Below, in pieces: positions 1-13,149 of a stretch of 64,000 nt of DNA (within the stretch, counting starts at the first letter, position 1; each line of letters begins with the position of its first letter). This stretch comes from Rhizodiscina lignyota (Eukaryota). Under the pieces are notes generated by a model. It worked only from the letters and a program-made list of their open reading frames with translations. It was not told the origin of the DNA and made no database searches. Location of the stretch: positions 310,001 through 374,000 of the forward strand of contig ML978139.1 in the NCBI GenBank assembly GCA_010015805.1, written 5' to 3'. Made by a program: the position numbers and the translations under genes.

Positions 1-2556
1 CAGAAACTTCTCTCCGGCAAGCTTCCAAGCTCCGCAAACGTCTATTTTGTTCCCGCAACTCTTCGACCAGAGACCATGTATGGTCAAACCTGCTGCTTTG
101 TAGGCCCAAATATCACATACGGCATCTTCAAAGTAACCGACGACGAATACTACTTCTGCTCCGACCGTGCCGCCAGGAATATGGCATTTCAGAGTGTCTT
201 CCCGGAATGGGGCGTATTCCCGAAGGTTGCGGAGTTACAAGGCTCAGATGTCGTGGGCACACTTGTAAATGCTCCTCTCTCTGTTCACAAAGAGGTGCGC
301 ATTCTCCCCATGGAGACTGTCAAAGCGACAAAAGGCACAGGCGTTGTCACCAGTGTGCCGTCCGACAGCCCCGACGACTACGCGACAGTAATGGATCTTG
401 CGAAGAAAGCTGAATATTACGGAATCAAGAAGGAGTGGGCAGAGCTTGAAATAATACCGATCATCGAGACACCAAAATATGGCAATCTCACCGCGGCCAC
501 ACTTGTCAAACAATTGAAGATCCAGTCTCCAAAAGATGCAAAGCCACTTGCAGAAGCAAAGGACGAAGCGTACAAGGAAGGATTCTACAATGGCAAGATG
601 ATATATGGCGAGTTCAAGGGTAAACCGGTCTCAGAGGCGAAGAATCTCGTGAGAAAAAGCTTGATTGACGCAGGCGACGCTTTCAATTATGCTGAACCTG
701 ATGGTTTGGTAATCAGCAGAAGTGGTGACGACTGCGTTGCTGCCCATCTCGATCAGTGGTTCCTCAACTACGGAACATCAGCGAATGGTGGAGATGGTGA
801 ATGGTGCGAAGAAGTCTTCAAACATCTCGAAAGTGGCAACATCAACATGTTCTCATCGGAGACCAAGCATCAGTTTGAACAAGTCCTCGGCTGGCTCGCA
901 CAATGGGCATGTGCCAGATCGTACGGCCTAGGTACGAAGTTGCCATGGGACGAAGCTTTCCTCGTCGAGTCTCTTTCGGACAGCACCATATACCCCTCAT
1001 ATTACACTATTTCACACTATCTCCACTCTGACATATTTGGGACGAAGCCTGGCAAGTTCGACATTAAGCCATCGCAGATGACGGACGAAGTATGGGATTA
1101 CCTCTACTGCAGAAGGGACACTGTGAATTGCGACATTCCAATAGACCAGTTGCAGACGATGAAACGGGAATTCCAATACTTCTATCCAAACGACATGCGT
1201 GGTAGCGGGAAGGATCTCATTCAGAATCATCTTACTTTCTACCTCTACATCCACGTTGCTCTCTTCCCGAAGGAATACTGGCCACGCGGCATACGGGCAA
1301 ACGGTCACCTCTTGCTCAATGGTGAGAAGATGGCCAAGAGCACAGGCAACTTCCTCACTTTGTCTGGCGCGGTTGAGAAGTTTGGCGCTGACGCTACTCG
1401 AATTGCTCTCGCAGATGCCGGCGATGGCATCGATGATGCAAATTTTGAAGAGACCTCTGCTAATGCCGCTATCCTCCGCTTGCACACGTTGAAGGAATGG
1501 TGCGAGGAGATGATCCATGACGCACGTCTTGTCCAATCACCAGAGGAATTCGCGAAACTGCGAGACGCGGAGAAGATGAAGAATACGGATGTCATTCAGC
1601 GCACCGGCCCGAAGAACTTCTGGGACGAGCTCTTCGAGAACGAGTTGAATGGATTGGTGAAGGAGACATTCGACAACTACAGCTCGACGTCGTACAAAGC
1701 CGCGCTTAAAACTGGCTTCTATGACTTTTTACTTGCACGAGACTCCTGGCGAAGTGCCACTGCTGGTGCAAGTGTCGGCATGCACCATGATCTCGTCAAG
1801 CGGTATATCGAGCTCCAGGCTCTGATGCTCGCGCCTATTGCACCGCACTGGGCTGAATACATTTGGCTCGAGGTGCTCAAGAAGCCATCTACAATACAGA
1901 ATGCTTTGTGGCCTGAGGTCCCTGCTACGGTGCCCGCTCTCACCGCTGCGCGCGAGTACGTTAGGACGACAGCCTCCAACATTACATCTGCAGAGGGCAT
2001 GCAGCAGAAGAAGCTTGCCAAGGGCAAGAATGTCGACTATGATCCAAACAAGGGTAACCACTGTGTTAATTCTCAGGCAGAAACCAACTTTGCTAACATT
2101 TTCAAAGACAAGAGACTTACAATCTACGTCGCGGCCTCCTTCCCCAGCTGGCAAAACTCCATCATCGCAACCATGCGCGACGCCTTTGACGGCCTCTCCC
2201 TCGACATGAAGGCAGTGACATCGAAAGTGCCCAAGCCAGAATTGAAGCGCGCCATGCCCTTCATCCAGGAACTCAAGAAGCGCCTCGATTCAAAGGAGCC
2301 CGCGAAGGAAGTGTTTGAGCGGAAGTTGGCGTTCGACGAGGTCGAGGTGCTCACGGCGATGGTACCATATTTGAAGGCTACAGTCAAGAAGTGCCTGCAA
2401 GTACAGGTTATCAAGGTTGAGGACGCCGATGGAGGGAAGAAGAAGAAGGGAGTTGTTGTAGTCGGTGAGGGTGAGGGAAGTCCAGTTGCTGAGTTGCCTC
2501 AGACGGCGGAGGGAGCGGTACCGGGGAAGCCGGGGTATTTGTTCGCGAACGTTTAG
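1..2556 (+). CDS. CDC60: Cytosolic leucyl-tRNA synthetase, 5' truncated by the window edge; in-frame intron 2054-2107
   Basis: TLRPETMYGQT (start of the editing domain), KGTGVVTSVPSDSPDD, WACARSYGLGTKLPWD, ESLSDSTIY, SGKDLIQNHL and a KMSKS-equivalent loop (KMAKS). The 54-nt GTAACC...GCTAAC...AAAG intron is read through in the ORF track. Confidence 0.97.
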   Translation, partial: QKLLSGKLPSSANVYFVPATLRPETMYGQTCCFVGPNITYGIFKVTDDEYYFCSDRAARNMAFQSVFPEWGVFPKVAELQGSDVVGTLVNAPLSVHKEVRILPMETVKATKGTGVVTSVPSDSPDDYATVMDLAKKAEYYGIKKEWAELEIIPIIETPKYGNLTAATLVKQLKIQSPKDAKPLAEAKDEAYKEGFYNGKMIYGEFKGKPVSEAKNLVRKSLIDAGDAFNYAEPDGLVISRSGDDCVAAHLDQWFLNYGTSANGGDGEWCEEVFKHLESGNINMFSSETKHQFEQVLGWLAQWACARSYGLGTKLPWDEAFLVESLSDSTIYPSYYTISHYLHSDIFGTKPGKFDIKPSQMTDEVWDYLYCRRDTVNCDIPIDQLQTMKREFQYFYPNDMRGSGKDLIQNHLTFYLYIHVALFPKEYWPRGIRANGHLLLNGEKMAKSTGNFLTLSGAVEKFGADATRIALADAGDGIDDANFEETSANAAILRLHTLKEWCEEMIHDARLVQSPEEFAKLRDAEKMKNTDVIQRTGPKNFWDELFENELNGLVKETFDNYSSTSYKAALKTGFYDFLLARDSWRSATAGASVGMHHDLVKRYIELQALMLAPIAPHWAEYIWLEVLKKPSTIQNALWPEVPATVPALTAAREYVRTTASNITSAEGMQQKKLAKGKNVDYDPNKGNHCVNSQAETNFANIFKDKRLTIYVAASFPSWQNSIIATMRDAFDGLSLDMKAVTSKVPKPELKRAMPFIQELKKRLDSKEPAKEVFERKLAFDEVEVLTAMVPYLKATVKKCLQVQVIKVEDADGGKKKKGVVVVGEGEGSPVAELPQTAEGAVPGKPGYLFANV

Positions 2557-3760
2557 ATGGAGTTGCATGCGCTTGTGTGTATGACTAGATATGGAGAGGA
2601 TTAGATGCATGCCGTTTGACGACTTGATGGTTGAAGAGATGTGTCCAGTGGTTCGAACAAAAATCGCCGATAGTAAATCGTACCTGATAATTGAATTCCC
2701 AAAGACCCTTTTTGAATGTGAAATGCTAGAATTCTATATGCAATTTAATTTTCTGGCTGTGTACGATACATGCGCTGTTGGGACAGATTTGATTATGGGT
2801 TGACACGGAATTTTCCTTTTTCGTAATACTCCACGTGTTTCAACCCAGACGACGCGTCTAGGTACCTGCCATGGTCACTTCCACCTCCCTCTACCGCTTT
2901 ACGATATTGTCTTCGAAGATACGATCAAATAATGCTCTACAGTCTCTCTACACATTTCTTGATCTCTCTCTCGCTACTCTTTTGCTGAGTGACTTGTTCC
3001 TGTTGTCTCGGTTTCTTCAGGTCTAGGTACCTGCCACAGAGGACTTGCCAATGCGCTTGAGGACTCTTTCCTAGGCGGTACATCGGAACCAAGTCGCTAT
3101 ATCCTTGCACTACAGAAGGCTGTTAGTGAGAATGGCGCCGAATGTCACGCGGCACCAATTTTCTCATTCATCATGCATCTCGATGCGAACTCGTCGTGTC
3201 TTCGCAGGAAAGGGGTGCCGCCTGTTCAATCTGCGGAGTTTGGAACATGTATCTTTGATCCAACTCCTAGCAGAGCGGGTGTGTATGCGGCAGAGCCATA
3301 TGACCGCTTCACACTTCCGTAGAATTCAGCGAAGCTCTTTTCCGACGTTATCAAGTCTCCTTCCCGGTTCTCCGACGTGCATTCTCATTCCGCTAGGGGC
3401 GACAAATTCCTCCGATACTATTATTGATTTCCTCAACAGCACCGACTTCGAGCCGGAAACTAAGTTGGAAAACTTTTCGTATTATTCCAAAGTTTCCTTT
3501 AAGGTAGAATAGCCTAATCTTATGTTGCAGCGGAAAATTGCAAGCTTGTCGGGTTTATCGCTGCGAGGCTCTGAGGTCTGACCAATCACAGGCGGCGTGC
3601 ACGTGTAGAGGCGCCACTCTCTCTCGTGCCATTTCAGGCAGTTGGGCTTCAGTTATTCATGATTGCAAGAATTTCTGACTTATAAAGCGCCATGAACCTC
3701 GATCTGGCAAAGTTTATGCTTAAACAAACACCAAGCAGCATCCTCGATCCAACGCCCACT

Positions 3761-4978
3761 ATGAATACTCCATTGCCCCTCAACACCGGGGCCACGATCC
3801 CAGCCTTGGGCTATGGAACCTGGCAAAGTCCACCAGGTGAAGTGAAGAAAGCTGTTCTCTACGCGCTCAATGCTGGATATCGACACATTGATGCCGCGTA
3901 TTGCTACCAAAATGAACCCGAGGTCGGAGAAGCCTTGAAGGAGGCATTCGCAGGTGGTCTGAAAAGAAAAGATGTCTTCATCACGTCGAAGCTCTGGTGC
4001 ACGTATCATAGACGGGTTGAGGAAAACCTCGACATAAGCTTAAAGAACTTGGGCGTCGATTACTTGGATCTGTATCTCATGCATTGGCCCGTACCAATGA
4101 ACCAGAATGGTGTGTATGCGCATCTCAAGTAACTGGGTGCCCTCTGCAGTTGTCTCTGTGCTTGCACATATATTGTAAGCTCTACATGCGCATGGCTTGA
4201 CAGTATATTTTTCTCAGTACTTCATGTCTTTAGTCGATGATATTTCACACGGAACCAAACCCCGCCTCGAAACTCAAGTTTGCTAACATTGCAACTTAGG
4301 CAATCACCCACTATTCCCAAAGCATCCGGATGGCAGCAGAGATCTTGACAGCGACTGGTCTTACATCCAGACCTGGAAGTTGATGGAAAAGTTGCCCGCA
4401 ACTGGCAAAGCCAAGGCCATTGGCGTGGCCAACCACAGCGTTCCTTATCTGGAAGGCCTTCTGAAGGAGGCGGAGATCACGCCGGCTGTAAACCAGATCG
4501 AGAACCACCCATACCTTCCACAGCAGGAAGTTGTGGATTTCTGCACTGCAAAAGGCATCCACGTGACCGCATATAGCCCATTCGGCAGCACGGGAGGCCC
4601 ACTGTTCCAGGAAGAAGGCGTACAGGAAGTTGCGAAGAAACACAACGTTGGCCCTGGAACTGTGCTTCTCAGCTACCACCGTAAGTCTCATCTGCCTCGA
4701 CTCTTGACATATGATCTGATGTGCCGCATGGCAGTTGCCAGAGGAAGTTCAGTACTCGCAAAGTCCATAACGCCCTCCAGGATTGACGAGAACCGCACGC
4801 TCATCAAACTCGACCCAACAGATGTTGACGCACTCGATCAGATCCACAAGACGAAGGGCGTGACAAGATACGTCTTCCCTCCATTCGGAGTAAGTGCCTG
4901 TTACAATGAGCTCAGATAGTGCGAACTAACAATGAGCAGCCAAAATTGGGCTTCCCAGACACTGAAGCGAAGGCATAG
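3761..4978 (+). CDS. Aldo-keto reductase (Gcy1/Ypr1-like, NADPH-dependent); introns ~4110-4299, 4681-4733, 4890-4939
   Basis: [83 protein letters not shown]. The spliced last exon ends [12 protein letters not shown]. Confidence 0.93.
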
Positions 4979-5368
4979 ATCAGGAATCCTCCTCTTTACT
5001 GCTTCGATTATCATCGATAGAGCGTATTCATAGCCGTCTCTACGGGTTCCATTTCGGTTTCTTGAGTAGCTGGCCTCTCATAGCGTGGATTTGCTTGAAT
5101 TCGGCGATCATTTGAAGGCATGGCTTGCTTGAAGGCATGGCTTGCTGGACAGATATGGGATGAGATCGAATATTGACGATGCTACGACACCTGCAGATCA
5201 CCTCTGGGTTCACATGACGAGCTATGTACATGATGACTCTAAATAACATCGAGGTAACAGAATTCGATTAAGTCTAGTCAATTTGATCATTCAGTCCTCA
5301 GAATCGCTATTCAAATGCCATCATAATATTCTAGCTGGTCTAGTATTGCATTTTGCTGCTGCGTACCA

Positions 5369-6205
5369 TTATCTCCCCATCCATCCCCCATCCACTGTCA
5401 ATATCTCTCCACTCACGTACGACGACGCGCGACTCGCAAGAAAGAGTACTGCGCCCTTGAAATCCTCTGGCGTACCCCAACGCCCCGCCGGTATCCGCGC
5501 CAGTATACTTGCCGCCCTCGCCTCGTCGTTTATGAGCGCAGTATTCATCTCCGTTGCAATATACCCCGGTGCAATGCAATTGATTGTGATCCCCTTGCTC
5601 GCCCAGTCATTACTCATCGTCTTCGTCATCTGCGAGACACCGCCCTTGCTCGCCGCATACGCTGGTATATTCAAGCCGCCCTGGAAGGACATCAAGCTCG
5701 CGAAGTTGATAATCGAACCCCGCCGCCCGCGGCTGTCTGGCTCTCGGGAGAGCATGTGCGCGCCAACATCACGGCAGAGCGTGAAGACCGTGCTGAGGTT
5801 AACTTGCAGCACCTCGTTCCAGTCGTCGTCGGGGAACTTGTGCACTGGATGGCGCCGCTGGATGCCTGCGCAGTTGACGAGGATGTGGATGTCGTACTTG
5901 TCGGCGAGGATCTTAGGGATAAGTGCTGAGACGGAGGAGTGCGAGGAGAGGTCTGCGGTGTATATCGAGCATTTTCGCCCGAGCTTCTCTACAGCTTCTT
6001 TCGTCTCGGTTTTGGAGGTGTCTCGCTATGAGGCCTGTTAGTTGTTGAAGCTGATATGAGACGGAATCTGATATACCTGGACGAGCAAGATGTCTGCCCC
6101 AGCTTCTGCTAATGCCAATGCGATAGCTTGTCCTATTCCACGGGTTGCTCCAGTAATCACAGCGGTCTGGCCTTCCAGCGAGAACAATTGAAGGACCGAA
6201 GGCAT
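5369..6205 (-). CDS. SDR oxidoreductase, KduD-like (2-deoxy-D-gluconate 3-dehydrogenase / 5-keto-gluconate reductase family); one intron ~6025-6077
   Basis: [45 protein letters not shown] (YxxxK), [38 protein letters not shown]. Confidence 0.92.
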
Positions 6206-6379
6206 CTTGGTGGTTTGTAGACTGAGTTCAAGGGTCAGGCAAGCCTGATTGTAGAAAGTCTGCTGGCTCGGTGGCAGCCAGTTGCACTGAAAGGGCTGTC
6301 ATCGTGGAATTCCCTCCTACCTGTGAATGCCAAATGCTCAATTGGCTCTTTCCCATAAATTGTTGGCGATGCTATCAAC

Positions 6380-6445
6380 AGAAACTCGGGCGGAAATGTC
6401 GGAATACGGGAAGGAAGTCCGCAGTCGGTGCAGATCGTGCCGAAT
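6380..6445. promoter_or_regulatory. CGG/CCG-rich patch in the divergent SDR / polyol dehydrogenase promoter; possible Zn2Cys6 binding sites
   Basis: Several CGG/CCG triplets (CTCGGGCGGAAATGTCGGAATACGGGAAGGAAGTCCGCAGTCGG) inside the ~445-bp intergenic region. Confidence 0.35.
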
Positions 6446-6649
6446 TCCCCCAGGCGTCAAATTAGGAAATTCACCTCCTTCATGTGCATCTCCGTATGTA
6501 ACCGCCCTGCGAGCTGCGTATGACTGGGTTCGGCCCTGGTTTTCGAACTGCCCAAATATAGATTGTGATTTGTCTCTTCGTTACCCTGATACTCGCCAGA
6601 CAGAATAATCCTGTCAATTGCGTCCTTCATCAGACTTTGAGCCTCCAAC

Positions 6650-7993
6650 ATGTCGAACATCTCTACCAAGGTCCCGGAGGAGAAGTCGCAAAAGATTCGA
6701 GCTTCTGTTCTGCATGGCGTGAGAGATCTTCGAATCGTACGCCGATGAAATTACCATCGTGTCAGCATGTCTAATTGTCTTTAGGAAGGCCGATTCCTCT
6801 TCCCTCCAAATCCTGGAATGGTCCAAGTAGCAATACGGACAACAGGCCTCTGCGGATCCGACTTGCATTACTACAATCACTACCGGAATGGCGACATCAT
6901 AGTCCAGGAGCCCCTTTCATTAGGTCACGAGTCTGCAGGCGTAATAACCAAGGTCGGTGATGGCGTCACCAATGTCAAAGTTGGTGACAAAGTAGCGCTC
7001 GAAGTCGGTCTACCGTGCGGGCAGTGCGAACGATGTCAGGAGGGCAGATATAACATCTGCAAGGGGATGAAATTTCGAAGTTCTGCAAAGAGCTTTCCTC
7101 ACTCGCAGGGTACGCTTCAAGATAGGATAAATCACCCATCTGGATGGGTTCACAAGTTGCGTTTCCTGTGTAAGCCAGAATCTCATAATGCGGCTAACTC
7201 AATGCAGACTTCCGGATGGCATGTCCCTAGATCTGGGTGCGCTTCTTGAGCCATTGGGCGTAGCCATACACGCAGAAAGAAGGGCCAAACTGGTACCCGG
7301 CAGCAAAGTCCTCGTTTTCGGCGCTGGCACTGTTGGCCTTCTAAGTGCCGCTGTTGCCAAGATAAAAGGAGCTAGTACCGTAGCGATAGCGGATATTGAC
7401 GAGGGCCGGGTCAATTTCGCGACTCAGAACGGTTTTGCAGACATCGGGTACACAGTTCCCCTGAAGCGCGGAAGTAATATCGAAGAGAACTTGGAGATTG
7501 CCAGAGCTACAGCCGAAGCCATTGGAACACAAGCCAAGAAGGGAGGAGATGTCATTGGAGAAGTTGACACAGTCTTCGAATGTACTGGTGTTCCTTCGTG
7601 CGTACAGGCCGGGATTTACGTTAGTATTTGATGATTCCTTATTCCATGATAGTGCTAATATGCCGGTCGCAGGCAACAAGACCAGGAGGCCGCTTAATGC
7701 TCATTGGAATGGGCAGTCCAATACAAACACTCCCGGTATCAGCCGCGGCTCTTCGCGAAGTCGACTTGGTTGGAGTGTTCCGATACGCAAACACTTATCC
7801 AGAAGGCATCGAGATCCTGTCACGGAAAGACGCCGGATATCCTGATTTCTCGAAGCTAGTGACGCATCGCTTCCAGGGATTGGATAATGCGCCGGAGGCA
7901 TTCGATATGGCAGCAAAGACGAAAGACCGGGATGGAAAGCTGGTGCTTAAAGTCATGTTGGAGACAAAAGAGGATGGGAAGGCACAGTTATAA
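6650..7993 (+). CDS. Zn-dependent polyol dehydrogenase (sorbitol/xylitol/L-idonate dehydrogenase-like MDR); introns ~6737-6784, 7156-7208, 7620-7672
   Basis: RASVLHGVRDLRI, GLCGSDLHYY, LSLGHES, structural Zn C-x2-C-x2-C-x7-C, VLVFGAGTVG, FECTG, REVDLVGVFRYANTYP. Confidence 0.93.
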
Positions 7994-9038
7994 GCACTTG
8001 TGATCACAGTGTCCAGGCTAAGTGGAACACAACCAGAAGTATAATATCTACAAAATTGATCAATGCCGGCAAGCCGGTGGAGGTGGTTACTGCCGATGGC
8101 CCGATTTTCATCGATCAGTCGGAAGCAGTTCCAAAATGCATTATCCTTCTTCAAAATTAGAGATACCTAGAGTCAATCTAGCATGAGATACAAGTCCCAA
8201 GGGTATTTGACGCTGATGAGAATAGTCATAGATTTTAAGTAGGGATTGCCGTTCAACTATCTTCTTCTCTTAGTTCACGTACGGCCCAGTTCCAATTCGA
8301 GGAGCAGTTCAGCGAGGCACCTATCTTATGGTGAGAATGTCGGTGTGCTTAATGCTTAAGACATATGCTACACGATTTCGCTATGTCGGTGGGCTCGACT
8401 GAGACGCCCCTCTGTGTCCCCGTGTAGTTAGGGACAGTTTGATTATGATCAGGCACTGATCGGACTTAGCGAGATTTACGCGAAGCTAGCTTGAGGTTAT
8501 GTGCAGTATGAGCATTATTGGGCATCGCCATGTGCTCAAGCAGGGGTGGGTAAATCTCACGGCCATTCTTCTCCAGTTCCGAGACGCTTTTTGGAGGAGA
8601 TGTCCTGCATTCCGGAACTTGCTATCCTCAAATGTGTGCCAGTGCCTACAGCTTGCATTTGCTTTGTACAGGAGAATCTTGAAGGAAATGGACACTTATT
8701 AACTGTTAGGGTATTGAACTATATCGTCAAACTAGTCCAACTCCATCGCCACAACTCAACACATAGCACGGCATTATCAGCAGAGATATGATGAGCAAAT
8801 TGTGTTGTATTGCTAAGAACAAGAGTGAAGGAAACTCGTTATAGCTAAGCAAAACTAGTCCCAACTCCCGAGAATGCAGTATGCGAGCGTCATCCATTAG
8901 TCATTAATGTCCAACACCTTCCAAAAATCATCGCTGTCATCACGGTCGTCTATAAAAAATCAAATAGAAAAACAATTTAACTCCATTGTGCCTGCCTGGT
9001 GTGCCGTGCAAATCCCCCTCACAACCTCCCAAAAACAC

Positions 9039-9916
9039 CTAAATCTCCATGTCGCCCGCCTTCTCCATCGCCTTAAGAAGATCACCCTGAAGCAGATTCT
9101 CTACCTCCTCCATGCGCACCGAATCGTAGTCCATCCACACGTCCTCCGGGTGCTGGGGGACGACGTCAAAAGTGTTGCCGTGATCGAATTGAAGTGGTTG
9201 AATGGGCGCCGCCATGAACCACTGAACGGTCGGGTTGTTCGGGATAATGCGTGGGAGCGGAATCATGCGGCGAACGCCCGTCTTCTGCCTCTCTTGTCCC
9301 TCGTACTTCAGCTCGTTGTGGCACGGCCATCCTGTGCGCTGCACCTGACTCCAGCATGGATTCCAGACCGTGGGATGCACGAGCACAGCGCCACGGCCGT
9401 CCCAGAATTGCTTGCCATTGAATGGGGCATTGAGTTGTGACGGTTCTGTCCGACCCTCCTGTTGCTGAGCCTTCTCCATCATGTTCTGTATCTTGGCCTC
9501 GTGAACGTCCACCCCGTGTTGCAAGAAAGCGTCGAGTTCCCACTGCGCGATTTCGGAGGAAGGAAAATGCTTGTCGACTTGGCCCTTGATACGCCTCCAC
9601 CTCCGCTTGTGGATCGTGTACGGACTCTCCCACGTGTTAGAAGACGTATACGCCACGTGTGTTCCCTCGCCCAGCCCACTTTGTGCCATTTGATCAAATG
9701 CAAGCGGTATATCCTCGGGCACCGTTGTCAGCTGTCGGCGATGCGTGTACACCCTGCCAATTTGCGGCGTAGGGACAGGAGGTGCTCCAGTGAGGAGCGG
9801 CGCCGCAGGAGGCGTTATTTGATTGGCGGGCTATGCTCGAGTAAGCCACATCTGTATTGGAAAATATGGTGAAGATGAAGTAGAAATAGTCTGAAATAAC
9901 CCACGTCAACCTGCAT
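9039..9916 (-). CDS. Uncharacterised fungal protein; predicted micro-exon (MQ) at 9911-9916 and intron ~9831-9910
   Basis: 237-aa ORF whose frame stays open up to a TAG acceptor at ~9831; contains WPCHNELKYEG...RMIPLPR. The start is inferred. Confidence 0.65.
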
Positions 9917-12405
9917 AGAGAAGTGTTCTACTAGATGATTGTGGTGAAGGAGAAGGGTTCTGATTCAGTTCGCTACGTGTAGCTTTGGAAGGTGTCGGCG
10001 AATGAACTTGAGCTCACTGACTCCAGGAAATCTGAAATCCTGGAAGGCGGAACATTTTGATCAGCAGACGTCAAGAAAAGAGGCAACAGCGTGCACCCCT
10101 ATTCAGTGATGCAGTGACATCGGAAGAAGTTGCAGTCTTACAGTTCTCGTGATAATTGACCACTCCCTTCAACTGTAGCCTGTAGGCGTGTATGACACCG
10201 TAGGAAGTTGCTTCGAAATAGGGTAATTTCGTGCTTCTTTTTGCGCCTTCTCGTGCTATTGAAATTGGACGTTAGCCTTTCAGACCTGTCCGAAACGTTT
10301 GTTCTGGCGCTAGAAGGAACGCCATAATCTCTTCTTGACATTAATTGTTGAACATCAGCAATCTTCCTCACAGCCTCGATAGTGTCCTCAGCAGGCGAGT
10401 TGTCGGGCCAGTGTCGGACAGCTATCATCGAGCGCCTTCTCCAACTTTGCTGCAGCTCTACACGTTCAGGCCCATCTCTCTTTACCTCCCCATATGGATG
10501 TCTTCTATGCGAGCCCTGGAGTGACATAATCCCAGTCCAAAATGACGGGGCTTAGTGAAGATGGTGTAAATTGGCTTACCTCTGTCTTTGTTGGTTGTCC
10601 TTCTTGTTGAATCAATTCAATGCTGCAGCATGAATGACTCTCAGATGGTGAACACCTTTGGACTTTTTGAAGCACTCGGGTTTTTCACGGCTCGAATTGA
10701 GGAATATCGGCTTGTACCAACTCTCTCAATGTTGTTGTTGATTGTACTCGTGGAAGGCTTGTGGTGGTGTGGCTTTATAGAGAACGAAGGCGCCTCCGAG
10801 ATCGGTTGGTGAGAAAGGGATATCTCGGTTCTCCAAGGTTGGGATCGTGATAAGCTCGATGTGCCTGCTGAAGGCTGTTGGCAAAGAGTTGTTCGAATGG
10901 CCTGATTTCTCCTTATGTGCTGGTCTTCCGATGCCGCAGGCTCGCTTCAAAACGAGTTAACAGTGCCAGATCATGCGCGGAAGTCGTCGTTGCCAAAATG
11001 GAACGCAATGAATTGCCTGACGGAAGCAAGAGAACGTGTCGATGTGAAGCGTCGGCGTTGTGGTTGGCCTGGACGCAGTACGCAATGTGCTAGCGCTCCA
11101 AAGCAAATTTCAAAACAAAAGGCCGTGATGGTTAGTGTTGCAGAACACGTTGCTCCCATGGAAACGCCGCACGGGCATGATTTAGCCACTGGCCCCTCCC
11201 TTGTCCTTGTGGAGGCTTTCGTAATACCTGCTGGAGTACAATAGTTGACAGTAAACACGTCTCCCATTGTAGGCCACTGCCGCCTTGAGAACTACAAGCT
11301 TCACCGCTCAAATTGAAACACCGTCGACTCCTGACCAAAGAAAGGCATGCTGAGAACCGTCCCAGCGATGCCAATTAAAACCATTAACCCGCATGGACGC
11401 TCGTGGAACTCTAGATTCGCGCACAGCTGCGTGTGACGGGAATCGGTTGCATCTGCACCTTACGACGCCTATGGAGAAGCGTGCCGGCATCATTCTTCAC
11501 TGGAGAGCATAGCAGGCACAAGGATACCTCGAGGAGGTATTTCTGCCTCAAGGATGCAGCATCTCTCGTCCACGAGAGAAATCTTTCCATTCTTTGAAGC
11601 TAGAGGTGGCCAAAACGCTGTGGCGAATAACGTCCGGAAGGCAAATCGGCGCAAACGGTCCTTAAACGAACATATCCAGCGTTTCATGAAGCCTGATAGA
11701 ACGTAAGACTGTTCTCAAAGAGCGAAATGACACAGGAGATGGATTTTCTGAAGTCAATCCAGCTTCATATACTCACGATGTGAACCATGGCAAATTCTCT
11801 ACAGCCGTGCCATTCTCACTACAAACCTTTCGATACACCCTACAATCGTGCTCTTGAACCCCTTTTGCGAATCCGTCTCCTCACCCTGACCGCAGAAGCA
11901 CGAATATCATCATCGTCCCCAACTCTAGCATTGGGCTACATAACAAACTATAATACTAATACGAAAGGCAGCAGGCCTTGTCAAGTGCTGAAAGGCCATA
12001 GACGTGTAGACGTAGAAGAAGTGTCTTCAGACAAACGGCAATGATTCATGAGGCCGGACTGCGTCTTCCTTCGCATTAATGGCAAGGAAAGATGTCGACG
12101 CGTTGGACGAACATAATAACTTGGCTACACTGATGCGAAGTGATAAAGCCACGAGGAAAACGTGATCCTGGAACGGTTTGTTGACTTCGTCTCAACTCGC
12201 AGTTGAGATGGAATGAAGATATCGCCGCTCCGAGCCGGGGTTTAACCATACGGACAGGGGTTTCCCTTAGCAATGACGCTAAAGTGGGGAAGCTCCAAAG
12301 CTCGTCAACAGCTTCCAATGACACCAAATACAAACGCTCTCAGTAAATCGATTTGATTCTCGTATTGGACATCAGAACTTTTGCATCTTCCTTCTCTCAA
12401 TCAAC

Positions 12406-13149
12406 ATGAGCGCTCGATCTTCGACCAGATTTCTCTCCCACTCAATCCACTCGACCCTTCGTCCGACTAAGCTCCAATCTTCCAGACATACGTCTTCGTT
12501 ATCCTTTCAATGTCGCCGACACGTCTTTCCTAGAAGCTACAGACACACCGGAATCCCTATCCTGTACTTCTGCCTTCCTGGCCCACGACAATTCCATGTA
12601 GTCGCCAAATCCCAGGCAGGTATCATGCCTGACACGAGCGATCCACAACCAAAGGAGAGCGAACCACATGAACAAGACGTACAACCTGCCGACATCACAT
12701 ATGAAGAGTTCCATAGTCTGGCAGATGCATATTTGGAGGAGCTGCTGCAGAGGGTTGAGAAGATGCAAGAGGGCAATGAGGGCATAGACGTTGAGTATTC
12801 AGTTCGTTCCCATACCTATTTGAGCAATCGAAGTTTTTGGATAGAACTGACTGGCCCACAGGCAGGCGTCATGACAATCGAATTAGCAGACAAAGGGAGT
12901 TACGTCATCAACAAGCAGCCACCAAACAAACAAATATGGCTCAGCTCACCAATCTCTGGGCCGAAGCGATTCGATTGGGTAGTCGTCGGCGAGTCGATGA
13001 ACCAGAAGGAGGGCAGCGGATCAGGAGAATGGGTATATCTCAGAGATGGGTCAAGACTGTCGGATTTGTTGAGGAAGGAGGTTGGCGTAGAGTTTGGCCT
13101 TGGTGAGGAGGCGTGGGAGAGCGAGCAGAGACCAACCGTCACGGAGTGA
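12406..13149 (+). CDS. YFH1: Mitochondrial frataxin; in-frame intron 12802-12861
   Basis: Arg/Ser-rich presequence, then [57 protein letters not shown]. Confidence 0.96.
   Translation: MSARSSTRFLSHSIHSTLRPTKLQSSRHTSSLSFQCRRHVFPRSYRHTGIPILYFCLPGPRQFHVVAKSQAGIMPDTSDPQPKESEPHEQDVQPADITYEEFHSLADAYLEELLQRVEKMQEGNEGIDVEYSVRSHTYLSNRSFWIELTGPQAGVMTIELADKGSYVINKQPPNKQIWLSSPISGPKRFDWVVVGESMNQKEGSGSGEWVYLRDGSRLSDLLRKEVGVEFGLGEEAWESEQRPTVTE

Noticed and set aside
2054..2107. Apparent 18-aa insertion in LeuRS; similar apparent insertions in frataxin (12802-12861), the P450 (28056-28103) and the SDR (47451-47501)
   Set aside because: These are stop-free introns of length 3n with GT donor, branch site and AG acceptor, not protein insertions
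2856..3036. 16-bp direct repeat GTCTAGGTACCTGCCA at 2856 and 3021
   Set aside because: Only two copies built on a TAGGTACC core that is common in fungal intergenic DNA; no element structure
10138..12333. Many short ORFs in a long intergenic region
   Set aside because: No recognisable motifs or consistent exon chain; a decayed gene cannot be excluded
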